The position numbers and the translations under genes were made by a program. A model generated the notes under the pieces. That model saw only the letters and a list, made by a program, of their open reading frames with translations. It searched no databases and had not been told where the DNA came from. Below, one piece after another: positions 1-7,975 of a stretch of DNA of 51,020 nt (position 1 is the stretch's first letter; each line of letters opens with the position of its first letter). The stretch comes from an uncultured Alphaproteobacteria bacterium (GTDB lineage: Bacteria > Pseudomonadota > Alphaproteobacteria > Methylaequorales > Methylaequoraceae): the NCBI GenBank assembly GCA_902567115.1, contig CACFLF010000002.1, positions 1 to 51,020 on the forward strand, given 5' to 3'.

Positions 1-808
1 GTATAAAGTGCATTATAAGAATATTCATTTTACCTTCTTTTAGATCTCTGCCAGGAAGTCCTCTTTCTTTGAGGCCTAAAAAGTCTGAAAGATCATCTTG
101 AATTTGATACGCAACACCTGTTTCGTACAATGACCTAAAATATTTTGTGTCATAATTATTTCCTGATAGAATCAAAACAAGTTTTATGGGAAGAGAGATC
201 AACCCGCCTGTTTTTGCCCTTGCAGTAGATTCATAATCTTCCATTTTCAAATTGAAATCAGACCTACTTAAAATTTCAATTGATTGCCCTTTTAATGTTT
301 GTTTAATCGTTTTACTTAGTTCTTCTATTGCAAGACATTTGAGATCAGGTCGCGTTTTAATCTTGGATATAATTTCGAAAGAAGCTGAAATAAAAAGGTC
401 TCCTAAATTAATGGCTGTGTGGTCTCCAAATCTATTCCAAATTGTAGGTAAACCTCTTCGCAAAAGATCTCTGTCTTGGAGATCGTCATGTATAAGAGAT
501 GCATTATGTATAAATTCACAACATATTGCTATATCATGCGAAACTTGCTTGCTCAGGCCAAAGATTTTTGAAGCAAGAAGCGCCAGTATCGCTCTGAACC
601 TCTTTCCTCCTGAATTCAGCTGATACTTTGCACAATTTCCCATCCATGAATCGTCACAGAGTATGTCAGACATCTTTTTGTCAAGAGATTGTATATCGTT
701 TTTATATTTATCGTGGTTAAAGAAGCTTAAATCAATGTTTTTTTGAAAATTATTGAGATGAATCCAATTTGTATTGATGTTTAAATTCTGTGTAATATTT
801 TTTGTCAT
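1..808 (-). CDS. Polyprenyl diphosphate synthase, CrtE/GGPP-synthase-like (3' end runs off the window)
   Basis: My own minus-strand translation from the ATG at 808-806 gives MTKNITQNLNINTNW... It carries the first Asp-rich motif LIHDDLQDRDLLRRG and the second YQIQDDLSD. It is absent from the ORF track because there is no stop inside the window. It lies directly downstream of proteorhodopsin. Confidence 0.8.
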   Translation of the reverse strand, partial: MTKNITQNLNINTNWIHLNNFQKNIDLSFFNHDKYKNDIQSLDKKMSDILCDDSWMGNCAKYQLNSGGKRFRAILALLASKIFGLSKQVSHDIAICCEFIHNASLIHDDLQDRDLLRRGLPTIWNRFGDHTAINLGDLFISASFEIISKIKTRPDLKCLAIEELSKTIKQTLKGQSIEILSRSDFNLKMEDYESTARAKTGGLISLPIKLVLILSGNNYDTKYFRSLYETGVAYQIQDDLSDFLGLKERGLPGRDLKEGKMNILIMHFI

Positions 809-832
809 CTTAAAGGTTTAAAAGTTAAGTAT

Positions 833-865
833 AAAAAAAAGGGAAACATCTGACAGATGTTTCCC
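833..865 (-). terminator. Rho-independent terminator after the proteorhodopsin gene
   Basis: Read on the minus strand: GGGAAACATC-tgtca-GATGTTTCCC (10-bp stem, 841-850/856-865) followed by T8 (complement of the A-run at 833-840). It lies 29 nt past the PR stop. Confidence 0.75.
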
Positions 866-893
866 TTTAATTAATTTAAAACATTAAGCTTGC

Positions 894-1589
894 TTAAGCT
901 TTTGCTGATTCAGACTTGGCAGCAGCCCAAATTACAAGACCGAAAGCAATTTTGTTAATAATGTCTGCAAGGTTGTAAATCGCATTCAATGCGTTTTCAT
1001 CAGTACCACCTGCTAGGTAACCTAGGAAGTAACCAATCGGGTAAATAGACCAACCAATTGATACAATCCATTTCATTGCGTTATAAGCAGATTGTTGAGC
1101 TTTTGAGTTGCTTGATGCATTAGCTTGCGCTGCTTCACCTGCAAATACTTCATACAGGATGTAGATCCAACCTGCCATGCCCACTATAAAACCAACAGTT
1201 GCATTGATTGAGCCGTTTTCACCGAGGAAACCAGCAATTAACATTACTAATGTACCAATTAAAAGTCTCCAGAACATTCCAGCAGTGGCTGCGCCAACTG
1301 CAGCTAGAATAAGGTAAAATTCAACCATCTGAAGTGGGACTGTTAATAACCAGTCAATATATCTATAGACATTAGGGTTCTCACCAGTCTGGATCCACAC
1401 TGCTCTCATGTAGTAATAGTGAACAGCGGCGATCAAAGTTACAAGACCAGCAACTCTTACAGAAGTTTGCCAGTGTTTCGCAACACTGTTACCCTCTAAA
1501 AAGAAGAAAGCTGTAGATGCAACCATGGCTACCGAAATTATCCAAAAAGAAACCCCAACGAGGTCATCGGCTTTAAGCATATATTCCAT
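894..1589 (-). CDS. Proteorhodopsin (light-driven proton pump), blue-tuned variant
   Basis: Seven hydrophobic segments. RYIDWLLTVPLQMVEFY contains the proton acceptor Asp (D79 here, D97 in standard numbering), the tuning residue Gln (Q87, standard 105) and the donor Glu (E90, standard 108). Also present are the His of AVHYYYM and the Schiff-base Lys in NLADIINKIAFG (K213, standard K231). An AGGA-type SD lies upstream. Confidence 0.95.
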   Translation of the reverse strand: MEYMLKADDLVGVSFWIISVAMVASTAFFFLEGNSVAKHWQTSVRVAGLVTLIAAVHYYYMRAVWIQTGENPNVYRYIDWLLTVPLQMVEFYLILAAVGAATAGMFWRLLIGTLVMLIAGFLGENGSINATVGFIVGMAGWIYILYEVFAGEAAQANASSNSKAQQSAYNAMKWIVSIGWSIYPIGYFLGYLAGGTDENALNAIYNLADIINKIAFGLVIWAAAKSESAKA

Positions 1590-1787
1590 ATGTTTATCCT
1601 TTCGTATATATTATTAAAATTTGAGCATGAGCTCAAAAGTTAAAGTTTTACAAGCAGATTAAATGGGCAGATATGCTTTTGCCCAATAACCTCCCCATAT
1701 TGTAAATACTAGGATGACTAAAAAATTAGTTAATTCAAGAAAAAAAAAGCAAAAAATTCTTAAAGTATTGATTTTATTATAAAAAAA

Positions 1788-2207
1788 TTATATAAAAAAG
1801 GAAATTGAAGCTAAAATTGTTGCATTAATTCTTAATTTTCTAAACCATTTATCTGATTTTTTATTAATTAATTTTAGGTCAATCAAAAGACTCAAAAAAA
1901 GAGATACAACAAGAATAAATGAACTGTAAATTCCATTAACTTTTAAAGCATATGTTGAAACTAATAATAAAGGAATTAAGGGGCTATAGAAGAGGAAACT
2001 TTTAATATTTGCTTCAATTATTTTTTGCCATTGCATGCCCGATAGGAAGCAAACAATTAGTGCAGCATACAGTGAAGAAATCGTATTGATCTCTAAAAAT
2101 TTTACCAAAATTTCATTGATGTCGCAATAACCAATCATAGGGGAAAGGTAAAATGGTAAAACACCAGCGTAAGTTACGAATACAATTCTTTTTCGAGATT
2201 TATTCAT
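1788..2207 (-). CDS. Small integral membrane protein, DUF3429-like
   Basis: 139 aa with four hydrophobic segments. YAALIVCFLSGMQWQ resembles the Y-x-AxILSFLGGxHWG core I recall for DUF3429. Confidence 0.5.
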   Translation of the reverse strand: MNKSRKRIVFVTYAGVLPFYLSPMIGYCDINEILVKFLEINTISSLYAALIVCFLSGMQWQKIIEANIKSFLFYSPLIPLLLVSTYALKVNGIYSSFILVVSLFLSLLIDLKLINKKSDKWFRKLRINATILASISFFI

Positions 2208-2295
2208 AAAAGATCAAGTAGGTGTTAATTTAATGTTTATCAAACTTGCTAGATTCGATTAAATGTTTATCATATACTTTTTGGAGTTTTGCGCA

Positions 2296-2511
2296 ATGAC
2301 AGACCAAGAATTAGAAAAAATAAGAAACTACTTAAACAAAATTTTTAATACCCATGATTTTATTGTAAAAAAAAGAAAATCGATAGAAGACTCGTGTGAA
2401 GTTTATCACAAAGAGGAATTTCTCGGATTAATCTATAAGGAAAACGAAGAAGGTGAAGAAGATTATCAATTTCATATGACCATATTAAAAGACGATTTAA
2501 CAAAGCTGTAA
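2296..2511 (+). CDS. DUF3126-family small protein
   Basis: MTDQELEKIRNYLNKIF...EDSCEVYHKEEFLGLIYKENEEGEEDYQFHMTI matches the DUF3126 pattern (SAEVY-x-GDEFIGVIY...). I chose the internal ATG at 2296, which has a GGAG SD 9 nt upstream, rather than the track start at 2263. Confidence 0.6.
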   Translation: MTDQELEKIRNYLNKIFNTHDFIVKKRKSIEDSCEVYHKEEFLGLIYKENEEGEEDYQFHMTILKDDLTKL

Positions 2512-2516
2512 AAAAA

Positions 2517-3242
2517 ATGTTTAATTTTTTTATTTTTATTACTTTAATTTTTAAATTCATAAATTTGAAAGCACATCATAAAATTTATAGTCCGCGCGTT
2601 GAAGAGGGAAGACAATCCCTAGAGTGGAGGGGACATGTTAATTATGATGACAGATTAGAATTTAACAAATCTCATCATCATGTTTTTGAAACAGAATATT
2701 CTTGGACTGATTTTTGGCAATCAGAGTTGGAATTTCATGTTTCTGACAAAGCAGAAACACCCTTAGATTGGGAAAAAACAGAGTTTCAAAATCAGGTTCA
2801 GTTTTTAGACTATAAAAACTTTGCTGGCGCTGTTTACTTTTCTTATAATTTTGTTTCTGAACAGGATGAACCAGATGAAATTGAATACAAGTATTTAAAT
2901 GAATTTAACAATGAAAATTTAAGTTTCATTTCAAATTTTATATTTGAGAAAGGGGTTGGAAAAGGAGCATCTGGTTCTACGTCTTTTGATATAAGTAATC
3001 AATTAATGTTTAAAAAGTTCTTAGATAAAAATTTCGGTTTTGGCTTTTTAGGTTTTAGTAGCTTTGGTGAGGTATCCAATTTTAATACACTTAGTCTTCA
3101 AAAGCATCTATATGGGATTCAGATAGAGAATGAAATTGATTTAGAATTTTTCGAATACGAAGTATCACTTGCTTATCTCCATGGATTAACTGACGCATCA
3201 ACAAACCATATGTTTTTATGGAATATGGAGTTAGAATTCTAA
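2517..3242 (+). CDS. Putative outer-membrane beta-barrel protein (uncharacterised, His-rich N-terminal region)
   Basis: It has an N-terminal hydrophobic signal-like segment, an alternating amphipathic pattern and many aromatic residues. The C-terminal ...WNMELEF has the terminal Phe typical of OMPs. No named family recognised. Confidence 0.45.
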   Translation: MFNFFIFITLIFKFINLKAHHKIYSPRVEEGRQSLEWRGHVNYDDRLEFNKSHHHVFETEYSWTDFWQSELEFHVSDKAETPLDWEKTEFQNQVQFLDYKNFAGAVYFSYNFVSEQDEPDEIEYKYLNEFNNENLSFISNFIFEKGVGKGASGSTSFDISNQLMFKKFLDKNFGFGFLGFSSFGEVSNFNTLSLQKHLYGIQIENEIDLEFFEYEVSLAYLHGLTDASTNHMFLWNMELEF

Positions 3243-3244
3243 AT

Positions 3245-4261
3245 TTAAAATCCTAATTCCTTTAATTTTTTTAAATAACTTTCTTCGCTAATTAAGCCTC
3301 TTTCTCTCATGCTTTCCAGGGATTTAAGCGTAAGTTGGCTTTCACTAGGCCTTTGACTTTGACTGTCTATATATTGTTGATTATAGTTGGGGTATGGATA
3401 TGGCCGGGAATATCTATTATTATAGTAAGGCTGTTGTTGCGAATTAATATCGTATGGTGTATTGCGGTAATTTGGTGGATAGTAATTACCATATTGTTGT
3501 CGATTTGGGATTCTTATAGATTTTAATTCTTGTCTTAAGCTTTCAACTTCCGCTCTGAGATCTTTTACTTGAATATTTGATTGTAGAGCTGTGGTTTGTT
3601 CTCTTGTACTTAAAAAATCTCTTGCTCGTAGAGCTTTATTAGAAAACACCAACCAGTCACGTCTACCTTTTGCAATAGATGGTCTAAAAACTCCAGAATT
3701 TGGAAGTGCACTTAGTCTAAATTTATTTTTTATTGTTTGAAATCTGGAACCTGGAGCATATCTATTTTTTTCTAAATCTCTGTCTCTGTTAAGACCTGCT
3801 TTAAGCATAGGGTCAGTTTCTTGAATATTTCCTTTTCTGAGAATTGACCCAAAAATAAGGTTTAGTCCAGATTTATTGTAAAAAATCCTTCCTGAGGTGA
3901 CTCTATTGTCTGATAAACCTTTTTGTTTATACCAGCCTTCAATTGTAAAAACTATATCTTGATTATTTTCTGCATCTGCTAAAGCTTCACTTATTGCAAT
4001 TGAATAATCGTAAACTTTTTCGTTAGGAAAAAGCTGTTGAGGTTTTGTCCCAAAACTTGTTAAAACAAGCTTTAAGGCCCCTTCAATTCTCTGCGGGTCT
4101 ATTTTAACTGGATGTATATTGTTTGTTTTTTTATCCTCTATATCAAGCTGAACTCTTTGAAAACCACTTTTGTAATAAAATTTATTGTCATCAAAGACAT
4201 CAAGAACGGTTGAACATCCGGCGAGGAAGAATAGAGTTAACGATGCAATAAAAAAATTCAT
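3245..4261 (-). CDS. Lipoprotein with a Q/N/Y/P-rich low-complexity region and a SHOCT-like C-terminus
   Basis: The lipobox is LTLFFLAGC|S. A coiled-coil-like VKDLRAEVESLRQELKSIR is followed by about 55 aa of NRQQYGNYYPPNYRNTPYDINSQQQPYYNNRYSRPYPYPNYNQQY. The terminal LKSLESMRERGLISEESYLKKLKELGF resembles the SHOCT motif. Confidence 0.6.
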   Translation of the reverse strand: MNFFIASLTLFFLAGCSTVLDVFDDNKFYYKSGFQRVQLDIEDKKTNNIHPVKIDPQRIEGALKLVLTSFGTKPQQLFPNEKVYDYSIAISEALADAENNQDIVFTIEGWYKQKGLSDNRVTSGRIFYNKSGLNLIFGSILRKGNIQETDPMLKAGLNRDRDLEKNRYAPGSRFQTIKNKFRLSALPNSGVFRPSIAKGRRDWLVFSNKALRARDFLSTREQTTALQSNIQVKDLRAEVESLRQELKSIRIPNRQQYGNYYPPNYRNTPYDINSQQQPYYNNRYSRPYPYPNYNQQYIDSQSQRPSESQLTLKSLESMRERGLISEESYLKKLKELGF

Positions 4262-4278
4262 ACGAAGGGTAATTTAGC

Positions 4279-4317
4279 AAAAAAAAAAGGAGAGCTCAAT
4301 ATATACTCTCCTTTTTT
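4279..4317 (-). terminator. Rho-independent terminator after the porin-like gene
   Basis: The GGAGAG (4289-4294) / CTCTCC (4306-4311) stem is flanked by A10 and T6. On the minus strand the hairpin is followed by T10. It lies 37 nt past the stop at 4354. Confidence 0.7.
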
Positions 4318-4353
4318 AATTAAAGAACTAAGCAGTATTAGAATAGTAACATT

Positions 4354-5676
4354 CTACCAGAAGAAGAATGCTCCTACACCACCAAAAGAATCTTCTTGAT
4401 CAGTGTCTGCTAAGTACCACGTCTTTTCAGTGTAACCACCCTCAGCAATAAGCCTAAAGTTGTCAGTTACATTGTGCCAGACCATACCTGAATGCATAGT
4501 TTGACAGTTCATAACACCACGCGTTTGCATGTCATTACCTGTTTTCTTAAGACAGTTACCACCGTATGAGTAACCAACATTTGTACCTTGACCAAAATCA
4601 AATGTACCTTGAAGGTATCCACCGTAGGTTTTTCTTTCTTTACCAACATCATCTAAAGCACCTGTTGATGAAGGTGTATTAGAGTTGTTAGTTTGCATTA
4701 TTGGTAGAACAGAGTGCTGTCCTCTCATACCAAGACCACTTGCGTAGAAACCAGTGGCTACTAGACTAAAGCCTTCGTAAGAAAGTTTCGTACCGAAACC
4801 AACACCTGCTGAATCGACATCTCTATCTTCGTCTTGACCAGCTGGTACTGAATTTGCAACTAAAGTTGCTTCAGCTTCAGATCTATCTGTGTTTTGGTAA
4901 GTACCATCAACCCATAGACTCATGCCAACGCCTGTTGCTAGAAGATCGCCATTCCAAGTTATTTGCGCTTCAACTCTTGGCGAAGATTTATCTGTTGCTG
5001 AAAAAGTAGCAGTATCAGCAGCAACATCCTTGGGATCAAAAATACCAACTTTAGCACCAAATCCATTTCCAAGATCTGGAAGTGTCCAACTTACTTGAGG
5101 TTGAAAATCTGTATACAGATAACCAAGACCAATTCTACCAAGCGTTGTATTACTGTTTCCAGCAGATGCTGCAGCACCAACACCGAACAATAGCATATCG
5201 TTTAAGATTGCATTGCTTTGATGGATACCAAGACTACGACCAACTAAAACCGTTCCGAAAGATCCAGATACTGAACCACTCGTTTCACGAATATTGATTT
5301 GACCGTTACCTAATGCGTTTTCACTACCATTCATGTGGGTGTAAAGACCTAACCTTGCGGATACATCTAAACCGTTAGCAGTTGGAGCTTTTAGAGTCAT
5401 ACCCCAAACATTTGGTAGTAGACCAGTTACTATACTTGTATCGTCGTTACCTGCAGCAACACCAGCATATGTATCGAAAGCTATGTTGGGCGTGCCTCCA
5501 CTGGAATCAGGGACATTAGATACACTATTTTTCATTATGAATGCGTTAGCTGCGCCATCAAAAGACACTTCCCAACCTTCTTGACTCATCAATAAAATTT
5601 TTGAATCAACATTTGTGGAAGCCAAGGCCATGACGGCAGGAATTGCAGCTACTGCAATTTTTTTAGAAATTTTCAT
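4354..5676 (-). CDS. Porin-like outer-membrane protein (440 aa)
   Basis: It has a signal peptide (MKISKKIAVAAIPAVMALA|S), a Gly/Ser/Thr/Asn-rich beta-strand pattern and a C-terminal ...GVGAFFFW aromatic terminus. A strong SD (AAGGAAGGA) precedes the start. The gene is visibly GC-richer with biased codons relative to its neighbours, suggesting high expression. Confidence 0.7.
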   Translation of the reverse strand: MKISKKIAVAAIPAVMALASTNVDSKILLMSQEGWEVSFDGAANAFIMKNSVSNVPDSSGGTPNIAFDTYAGVAAGNDDTSIVTGLLPNVWGMTLKAPTANGLDVSARLGLYTHMNGSENALGNGQINIRETSGSVSGSFGTVLVGRSLGIHQSNAILNDMLLFGVGAAASAGNSNTTLGRIGLGYLYTDFQPQVSWTLPDLGNGFGAKVGIFDPKDVAADTATFSATDKSSPRVEAQITWNGDLLATGVGMSLWVDGTYQNTDRSEAEATLVANSVPAGQDEDRDVDSAGVGFGTKLSYEGFSLVATGFYASGLGMRGQHSVLPIMQTNNSNTPSSTGALDDVGKERKTYGGYLQGTFDFGQGTNVGYSYGGNCLKKTGNDMQTRGVMNCQTMHSGMVWHNVTDNFRLIAEGGYTEKTWYLADTDQEDSFGGVGAFFFW

Positions 5677-5800
5677 ATATTTCCTTCCTTATTAGTTAAT
5701 ATATCATTCAATAATAATACACTTAATACATACTAATTAAACTAATATGTTCTCAATTATACATTTTTCTTGGAAACTGTTGTAATATTACAACACCAAG

Positions 5801-6562
5801 TTATTTGAGGATAAAGTTAACAGGGATCTTAATTCTTAAATACCCTTTATTATCTATTATTTCAACAGGGGGCTTTGGAAATTTGAATGAATTTAGGATT
5901 TTTGTTGTAGCCTTATAAAGTCTTTTTGGAGCTCTATCGTTAATTTCAATATTTATTAACTTCCCATCTTTATTTATTGTTAAAATAGAAACTATAGTTC
6001 CTTGTTCCCTTCTTTTTATTGATTGAATTGGATAAGATTTTGATGCCATTTTATTAATTTCATAGGAGATAAAACTTAAATATTCACTGAGCAACTGGTC
6101 ATTAATAACTGGTTTATTCTTTTTAAGAGAAAATTGTTTTTGAGACTGTATTTGTGGTTTTATTTCTGGAATTTCATTTGAATTATTTAATTTTTTTACT
6201 TCCTCTTTCTGAATATTTTTTTTATTTGGCTCGATAACTTTCTCAACTTTTTCTATTCTTTCTGTGGTTTCTTTTTTTTTTAAAGACACAAAATCTTTCT
6301 TTTCTATTATCTCTTTTTTCTTATTTTCAAAAATCTTATTTTGTTCAATAGGTTTGTCTTCAATTTTTTTTATAGTTTTTTCTTTAACTATTTCTTTTGG
6401 TTTAGGTGGTGTCGGTTGAACAAATGAAAATTCTCTAAATTCGCTTAGGTTGACAACATAAATTTCTTTATCATTACTTTTTGATGTAAAAAAAAAAACG
6501 ATTGTAAAATGAAATAGCAAAGAAAATGTAATCGAAAAATATATAAACTTATTATTTATCAT
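5801..6562 (-). CDS. tonB: TonB-family energy transducer
   Basis: An N-terminal TM anchor contains His (LLFHFTIVFFF). A long Lys/Glu/Pro-rich spacer follows (PTPPKPKEIVKEK...). The C-terminal domain YPIQSIKRREQGTIVSILTINKDGKLINIEI...FKFPKPP is like TonB_C. It overlaps exbD2 by 11 nt. Confidence 0.7.
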   Translation of the reverse strand: MINNKFIYFSITFSLLFHFTIVFFFTSKSNDKEIYVVNLSEFREFSFVQPTPPKPKEIVKEKTIKKIEDKPIEQNKIFENKKKEIIEKKDFVSLKKKETTERIEKVEKVIEPNKKNIQKEEVKKLNNSNEIPEIKPQIQSQKQFSLKKNKPVINDQLLSEYLSFISYEINKMASKSYPIQSIKRREQGTIVSILTINKDGKLINIEINDRAPKRLYKATTKILNSFKFPKPPVEIIDNKGYLRIKIPVNFILK

Positions 6563-6962
6563 TTTCTTTTTGTATTACCTTTACAAACACTTTTTTTATG
6601 TCCTTTTCTCTGAATTCTCTCATTATTTTATTAAAGAAATGAATAGATGATTCTTTGTCTAAATCTAAAATATACTTTTTATTTTTTGACTGAATAAAAT
6701 TTGATAATTCTTTAATGTTTAAACTTTTATTTTCATACAAAATTTCATTGTTTTTATTGATTGTAAATACAATACTTTGATTATCAATTTCCACTTCCTT
6801 TCCAAACTCTGATACTGGCCTACTGATTTCATTAGTGTCTTTTTTGCTAACAACCCCGGTTAACAAAAAAAAAATTAATAACAAAAATATCAAATTTATC
6901 ATTGGTATAAGATTTACCATTTCTAGAGTTTTATTAGGTCTTTTGAATTTTTTAAGGTGCAT
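6552..6962 (-). CDS. exbD: ExbD/TolR-family protein, paralog 2 (TM Asp replaced by Asn)
   Basis: 136 aa with a single N-terminal TM segment VNLIPMINLIFLLLIFFLL, homologous to the INIIPLIDIIFLMLVFFML of the upstream paralog. The periplasmic domain is of ExbD size. Confidence 0.75.
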   Translation of the reverse strand: MHLKKFKRPNKTLEMVNLIPMINLIFLLLIFFLLTGVVSKKDTNEISRPVSEFGKEVEIDNQSIVFTINKNNEILYENKSLNIKELSNFIQSKNKKYILDLDKESSIHFFNKIMREFREKDIKKVFVKVIQKENDK

Positions 6963-7350
6963 CCGAGAAATTCACACTTTTTATTTTATGTTTTTTTATT
7001 AGATCTATCAGGTTTAATAAAACCTGAACCGAGGATTTTTTATCATTCAAAATCACAATTTTGTCGAAACTTTGAGCATTCCAATCGTCAAAATATTTAT
7101 TGTCTAAATCTTTTAATTTAATGATTTTGTCTTCAAAAAAAATTTTATCTTTTTTAAGATATAAAATCATAAGTTGACCTTTATTTTGCTGGTTTGAAAT
7201 TTGTTTTTGATTATTTACCGAGAAACTTACTTCATTATTTCTTGTAAAGTTTGTAGCTAACATAAAAAAAACTAGCATTAAAAAAATGATATCAATAAGA
7301 GGAATAATATTAATCTTTAACTTTTTTTTTGAAATTTTATTCAAAGTCAT
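6952..7350 (-). CDS. exbD: ExbD/TolR-family biopolymer transport protein, paralog 1
   Basis: 132 aa with the canonical IPLIDIIFLMLVFFM TM segment and conserved Asp. It has a 4-nt overlap with exbB. Confidence 0.8.
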   Translation of the reverse strand: MTLNKISKKKLKINIIPLIDIIFLMLVFFMLATNFTRNNEVSFSVNNQKQISNQQNKGQLMILYLKKDKIFFEDKIIKLKDLDNKYFDDWNAQSFDKIVILNDKKSSVQVLLNLIDLIKKHKIKSVNFSDAP

Positions 7351-7961
7351 TTTAGCGTTGATAATTTAGAAATTAAAGTTTCAAAGTCATCCATCAGATC
7401 GTTGATTTTTTTTTCTAGGAAATAGTGACTTACCAAAGCTGGTATAGCTACTATCAGTCCCATCGCAGTGGTCAATAAAGCTGTCCAAATGCCACCTGCA
7501 AGAATTGCAGGATCAACCAAACTACCACCAAGTTCAAGTTCATTAAATGAGTCAATCATTCCTATAACAGTTCCAAGAAGTCCAACTAATGGACTAACTT
7601 GTGAAATAACTTCTAATGAAGGAAGGAAAGAGTAAATTTGTTTAAATTCTTTATTTTTAAATGAGTCAATTTCCTTTTCAATCTCAATTTTTGAAATTTT
7701 AGAAGATATAAGGTCAACTAAACTTAAAATAATTTTTTGTTTTGATTTTGGGAGTGTGTCAATAAAACCTTCCCTAACGTTATTCATATTATTATTTTTG
7801 TCAGCAATTAGCAAACTGTAGAATTTAGAAAAATCGAGTTTTCTCAAAAAGTATATTTCAATAATTTTTAGGGTGACAATTGCAATTGTGATTATCGACA
7901 AAGCAAATAACGATGTGAATATTATTCCACCTTTGTCTATATAAATAAAGAACGATTCCAT
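7347..7961 (-). CDS. exbB: ExbB/TolQ/MotA-family proton channel
   Basis: 204 aa with three TM segments and the SPLVGLLGTVIGMIDSF signature of the MotA/TolQ/ExbB family. Confidence 0.8.
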   Translation of the reverse strand: MESFFIYIDKGGIIFTSLFALSIITIAIVTLKIIEIYFLRKLDFSKFYSLLIADKNNNMNNVREGFIDTLPKSKQKIILSLVDLISSKISKIEIEKEIDSFKNKEFKQIYSFLPSLEVISQVSPLVGLLGTVIGMIDSFNELELGGSLVDPAILAGGIWTALLTTAMGLIVAIPALVSHYFLEKKINDLMDDFETLISKLSTLK

Positions 7962-7975
7962 TTTGTTTTCCTAAA

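Noticed and set aside
252-623. 123-aa plus-strand ORF from the track
   Set aside because: It lies entirely antisense to the minus-strand polyprenyl synthase, whose Asp-rich motifs are unambiguous. It starts with TTG and has no recognisable motifs.
1664-1690. Mini-ORF ATGGGCAGATATGCTTTTGCCCAATAA (8 codons) in the PR upstream spacer as a leader peptide
   Set aside because: It is on the strand opposite to the flanking genes, has no SD, and coincides with the GGGCA/TGCCC hairpin, which explains the sequence better.
5801-7961. Interpreting exbB-exbD-exbD-tonB as a Tol-Pal cluster (tolQ-tolR-tolA)
   Set aside because: There are two ExbD-type genes. The last protein has a TonB_C-like C-terminal domain (YP...G.V...FP.PP pattern) rather than a TolA domain III. 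No tolB or pal follows; a porin-like gene follows instead.
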